Origin: a virus
Lineage: Duplodnaviria > Caudoviricetes
Direction: 5' to 3' (one strand)
IMG/VR virus record: IMGVR_UViG_3300013901_000007
Location: 32,001 to 96,000 of that record
Length of the DNA: 64,000 nt
Shown here: piece after piece, positions 61,001-64,000 of the stretch
Layout: every line of letters starts with the position of its first letter
Position numbering within the stretch: the first letter of the stretch is position 1
Position numbers and translations under genes: made by a program
Notes under the pieces: model-generated
Database searches by the model: none
What the model was told of the DNA's origin: nothing
The model's input: the letters and a program-made list of their open reading frames with translations, nothing else

Positions 61001-61462
61001 ATTCACACCTAATTCTTTACTAGAATTTATGTTGTAGTTTATATGACTTTAAGAATTTCCAGCAATTAAAACGGTATTGGGTGATGTAACTACTTCACCA
61101 CTATATACACATTTCTGTATATACCGACTCTTCGGTTTTTACACCAGTTAATCGTTAACAACTTCAGGAACGATTGCTGTGACGATTTGAGCAATGATTG
61201 CGTTGAAGTTTTCTCTTACAACAGTATTATTTTTAACCATTGGTCTGCTGTATATTGATAAGCCTGCTGTTTCAAATTCTGATTCATAATTTGTTCCAGT
61301 TAAAGCGTATTTTCCAATGTTTTCACATAAAAGTGCATTCTTTTCTGCATAATCTGCACTCTTTTTGTTTTCATAAGTTTCTCTAGCTAAAGCGAGAGCT
61401 GCGTCAACAATATCATTTTTAGTGACATCTGCTGAACGATCATAATTAAAATATTTCATCAT
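58038..61462 (-). CDS. major capsid protein, join(61462..61151,58811..58038), predicted 361 aa
   Basis: Splicing gives ...IVPEVVND-TFTRFIAEVKQVGYGDTARF...; follows the protease and decoration genes; HK97-like motifs (YLGVPLMAL, PVKIVFEG). Confidence 0.88.
58874..60622 (-). CDS. intron-encoded homing-endonuclease-like protein
   Basis: HTH, QT.L.KYG repeats, EIDIY...GIEFNGDYWHS, LSRFC...GGASKLFKHF; AGGAGG RBS. Confidence 0.85.
   Translation of the reverse strand: MSKRINIAKEDIIEYYINELHTVKECEEHFNISKTTFNRYLKSYGIKRSKEDKSKVYSRAQNSEELRERVKNTNIIKYGASTKTASLSPIHIVDETTFSVYGENYTVAWLKEQYLNKNLSVEEMCKLLNITYPLLNKINKHYHIAKNSQQRYEIIRDNTFKKYGVKSTLELEEVKAKSVQTCLDKYGVSNSMQHQDIKDKVKQTMLNKYDVENYSQTEEYKQKTLQTNLNKYGAPNHMQQDIKHLNIWNNKELFTKYLSSLYSKPTVYDLQEFFNLRDRTVVYDKIHSWNLDDFINFHSLRSHYENDIINFLKECGVENIQTNDRTILNGKEIDIYLPDYKLGIEFNGDYWHSDIKKEYQDHNGRSLTHQNKSLLAESKGVFLFHIFEYEWNNNIVQTSIKNRIKTLLIKNNIKIPARKCKIVTLTKAQKKKFLNENHIQGNDHSTIQYGLEYQGQIVSCMTFIHPKNKKYTWELSRFCNQHGCVVQGGASKLFKHFVETLQPGNTISSYNDITKTKGDLYRILGFQCVSINQPNYVWINFQTTDIRTRYQEQESGEVERMHSLGYHRLCDCGTKTWLYTVQ
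60664..60692 (-). promoter_or_regulatory. intron-internal promoter TTTACT-17-TATAAT
   Basis: Perfect -10 upstream of the intron ORF. Confidence 0.5.
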
Positions 61463-61476
61463 ACTTCACTCTCCTC

Positions 61477-62013
61477 CTATGCTAATTTAATAACTTCGCA
61501 AAGATACATTTCTTTATCTGCAGACATACCTGCTGTAAAGCCTCGTTTTGCGATAATTTTAACAGTGTAACCTTCAGCTGTTGCATCATCTGCTGGTGTG
61601 TGTTTACCACTTGAAGCAGTAGCAATAGCATATTTACCAACAGTTGGTTGTGCAGCAAAGTTATCTTCACCTAACCAGAATTTATCATGTAAAGCAAGTC
61701 TACGAATTCTCATAGGTTCACCAACTGGTACTGCTAAATCGTGTAATTTGACACCTAATTTATAATTATTGCCACTAATTAATCCTTCACTGATTCCTGC
61801 ATAATCAACGATACAGATTTCATCTGTAGTTGGAGCTGCAGGATAATCAGCTTTATACATATCGTATTCTTCGTTTCCGTAAATTTCGTCTTTAACAACG
61901 TCACCAAGAACTACGAGATCGCCATCATTAATAACTTTTTCTGCCTTAGCATTAGTTAACATACTATCTAAGACATTCGAAGCCATTTTACCTGATTTAA
62001 ATAAAAAAGCCAT
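61477..62013 (-). CDS. capsid decoration / stabilising protein
   Basis: 178-aa beta-rich protein between protease and capsid genes. Confidence 0.6.
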   Translation of the reverse strand: MAFLFKSGKMASNVLDSMLTNAKAEKVINDGDLVVLGDVVKDEIYGNEEYDMYKADYPAAPTTDEICIVDYAGISEGLISGNNYKLGVKLHDLAVPVGEPMRIRRLALHDKFWLGEDNFAAQPTVGKYAIATASSGKHTPADDATAEGYTVKIIAKRGFTAGMSADKEMYLCEVIKLA

Positions 62014-62064
62014 ACTCTTGTCTCCTTAATTTAATATTAAATTCTATGTATTACAACCCTATCA

Positions 62065-63630
62065 CTATTTTGAATGAACATTATCATTCAACCTGTCCCA
62101 AAATGATTTTTTCTTTGATGACGTTTCGGCTTCATCATCATATGAACTAAACACTTTAGGTTCTATAACAGGCATCTTAGTGCTGGTGTTGTCAATAATT
62201 TTGTCTTTTGAAGTTAAACTATAAACTGCAAAAGCGACATCTTTCTTTAAAGTATCGACGTCTTGATACTTTCCTTCTTTACAAGAAGCATAATAAGATA
62301 ATTTTTCTTCGTCAGTTAACACTGATTTATAAATTACACTATAAGCCTCATGTAAGAATTCTTCGTGTTGATATTTACTTAATAATTTTTCTTGTTCTTC
62401 ACAGGTTTTTTGATATTCAGCAATCTTGGCTTCATATTCAGAACATTTACAATTAAGTTGTTCTTCTAATTTAGCACATTTTGTTTTGTAAATATCACAC
62501 TCATTCTTTAATAATTCTATATCACGTTCACAACCATGTTCTTCACAATGTTCGGGTTGAGATTCTTCAATCTTTTCCTCTTCATGTTTATCTTCATCTT
62601 TTTCTTCCTCAGAATCTTTGTCTTCTTCGTCATGATTATCCTCGTCTTCTTTATCATCGTCGTGGTCATTATCTTCGTCATCAGACTTGTCTTCCTCTGA
62701 ATCTTCTTTGTGTTCTTCTGGTTCTGAATCATGTTCTTCTTTATGTTCTTCTTCAAAAGATTCTTTTGAAGTTTCTTCGTCTTTCTTTTCTTCTAAAATT
62801 GGTTTCTCTTCGCAAACACACTCTTCTTTCATTTCAAGTTTATCTGCTGCGTTTTCATCTACAATTTCAGGATCGACTTTTATTTCTTCAGAAAGTTCCG
62901 TTTCCTTTTTCTCCACTGAGTCTTCCTCCTTAATTTCAGAATTATCTAATTTAGCATATGCTAAATGTAATTCCGTTGTTTGTTTGGCATAAGCATCAGT
63001 TCCTAAAACTTCCATAACTGAAAGTTCAGCGCCTTCTATGCCAGGTAAGACTTTTTTTCCGTTTTGACTACCTAAAATTGTAATTCCAACTAAATTAAAT
63101 TTATTAATTTTCATTACCCCATTAGGTAACATATCATAGTCTAAAACATCAACTTCAACGGACACAGCTTTAGTTGGCCCGCCGAATTTTTGACTGCGTT
63201 TTGCGTCTTTTAAAAGTCTTTTTACTTGTTTATATGAATATTGAGTCCATAAAGCACAAGTTAAATTAATCCAACTAATACCAGCCTCATCTTGAACTAT
63301 TTCAACGGTGTCTTCTGAACGAATTAATCCTAAAATTCTTTCGCCTTTAGAACCCAAAGTATCCCAATATTGTAATCCTAATTCCTTGTCACTATTCCAC
63401 GTACCATTGTGACTCACAAAATCACCGTTTTCAAAATAACCTAAAATAGGTTTATTATAAAAACTTGGAATTGCTTCCTCAAGTGATTCAGGAGTAAACC
63501 AAGTGTTATTAGCGTTAGGATTGGCGCTACTAACTGCACGCATGGATAATTCTAAAAATTCTTTCTTTAAGATTGACTTAATTGACATTTTATTAGCGTC
63601 AACACTAAAAAACATTTTTTTACTGTCCAT
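62065..63630 (-). CDS. prohead protease fused to an acidic scaffold domain
   Basis: NANNTWF, FYNKPILG, SH, LWTQY, VSVEV, GITILG..VLPG followed by a D/E-rich region and coiled coil. Confidence 0.8.
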   Translation of the reverse strand: MDSKKMFFSVDANKMSIKSILKKEFLELSMRAVSSANPNANNTWFTPESLEEAIPSFYNKPILGYFENGDFVSHNGTWNSDKELGLQYWDTLGSKGERILGLIRSEDTVEIVQDEAGISWINLTCALWTQYSYKQVKRLLKDAKRSQKFGGPTKAVSVEVDVLDYDMLPNGVMKINKFNLVGITILGSQNGKKVLPGIEGAELSVMEVLGTDAYAKQTTELHLAYAKLDNSEIKEEDSVEKKETELSEEIKVDPEIVDENAADKLEMKEECVCEEKPILEEKKDEETSKESFEEEHKEEHDSEPEEHKEDSEEDKSDDEDNDHDDDKEDEDNHDEEDKDSEEEKDEDKHEEEKIEESQPEHCEEHGCERDIELLKNECDIYKTKCAKLEEQLNCKCSEYEAKIAEYQKTCEEQEKLLSKYQHEEFLHEAYSVIYKSVLTDEEKLSYYASCKEGKYQDVDTLKKDVAFAVYSLTSKDKIIDNTSTKMPVIEPKVFSSYDDEAETSSKKKSFWDRLNDNVHSK

Positions 63631-63632
63631 CT

Positions 63633-63989
63633 TTACTTGCCCTCCTCTTTTGATTTACGAAATTCTTCATCAGCCGAACTCACTTGTAAGATTCCATCGA
63701 TTTTATCAGCACTTCTAGATACTTCTATACGAACTTTTTTCCAATCTTCGTCGGTCCATCCAGATGGTGGGGTGATGTATTCGTTTATTAAAAATCCTAA
63801 TAATATATTACTTTCATCACTTTTATAAACACCTTGAGCAACAAAACAACTAACATCGCGTTCACTAAAGAATTGATATAATGCAACATCGTCGTATAAT
63901 ATATTAATATTTTTCACGACAACACCACTTCTATTCTCTTTTAATAATTGAGAAAGACCTTTATAAACAGTTGCAGGATAATTTTGCAT
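63633..63989 (-). CDS. hypothetical protein (true start may lie near or beyond the window edge)
   Basis: ORF directly upstream of the protease gene. Confidence 0.5.
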   Translation of the reverse strand: MQNYPATVYKGLSQLLKENRSGVVVKNINILYDDVALYQFFSERDVSCFVAQGVYKSDESNILLGFLINEYITPPSGWTDEDWKKVRIEVSRSADKIDGILQVSSADEEFRKSKEEGK

Positions 63990-64000
63990 TTTATCATGTA

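Larger units (their letters stand above)
58812..61150 (-). ncRNA. group I intron (2339 nt, IA-like) in the major capsid gene, with an endonuclease ORF in the P9 region
   Basis: P AAUUGCUGGAAA, Q AAUCAGCAGCC, R UCAACGACUAUC, S AUAAUAUAGUC; P1 CGAU/GUCG; terminal G at 58812; long stem pairing 60701-60750 with 58812-58850. Confidence 0.92.

Noticed and set aside
12226-61462. Stop-codon reassignment as the cause of the split genes
   Set aside because: Most genes are intact in the standard code, and the breaks in the capsid, tape measure and nrdD genes are explained by introns or insertions.
5574-63828. Numerous short plus-strand ORFs in the ORF track
   Set aside because: They are antisense shadows of long minus-strand genes, without RBS or motifs. 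Only 2339-2644 is retained.

Overview
A 64-kb AT-rich segment of a large tailed dsDNA phage. Genes use the standard code, sigmaA-type promoters and GGAGG ribosome-binding sites, which suggests a low-GC Gram-positive, probably anaerobic, host. Almost every gene is on the minus strand. Read right to left: prohead protease/scaffold, capsid decoration protein, major capsid protein, head-tail and tail genes, holin, four collagen-like fibre genes with a GT2-TPR glycosyltransferase, a RuvC-like resolvase, a tyrosine recombinase, an anaerobic ribonucleotide reductase locus (nrdH-like, nrdD, nrdG), a long tail-fibre cluster, a radical SAM plus two nucleotidyltransferase-like genes, tRNA-Ala, phoH, an FTR-like protein, tape measure, baseplate, a serine-invertase locus, tmk and an SSB-like gene. 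Several features are missed by the ORF track. (1) An Mpi-like invertase lies inside a ~1.5-kb segment bounded by perfect 18-bp inverted repeats; inversion would swap the C-terminal domain of a small fibre-like protein. (2) Three group I introns interrupt the major capsid, tape measure and nrdD genes, and each predicted splice restores the reading frame. (3) nrdD is split into two separately translated halves by a decayed homing-endonuclease gene, and its second half also carries an intron. (4) There is a miniature IS200/IS605-type element that may retain a TnpB omega-RNA-like end, plus a separate tnpB 5' relic. All calls come from manual motif reading; no database searches were run.
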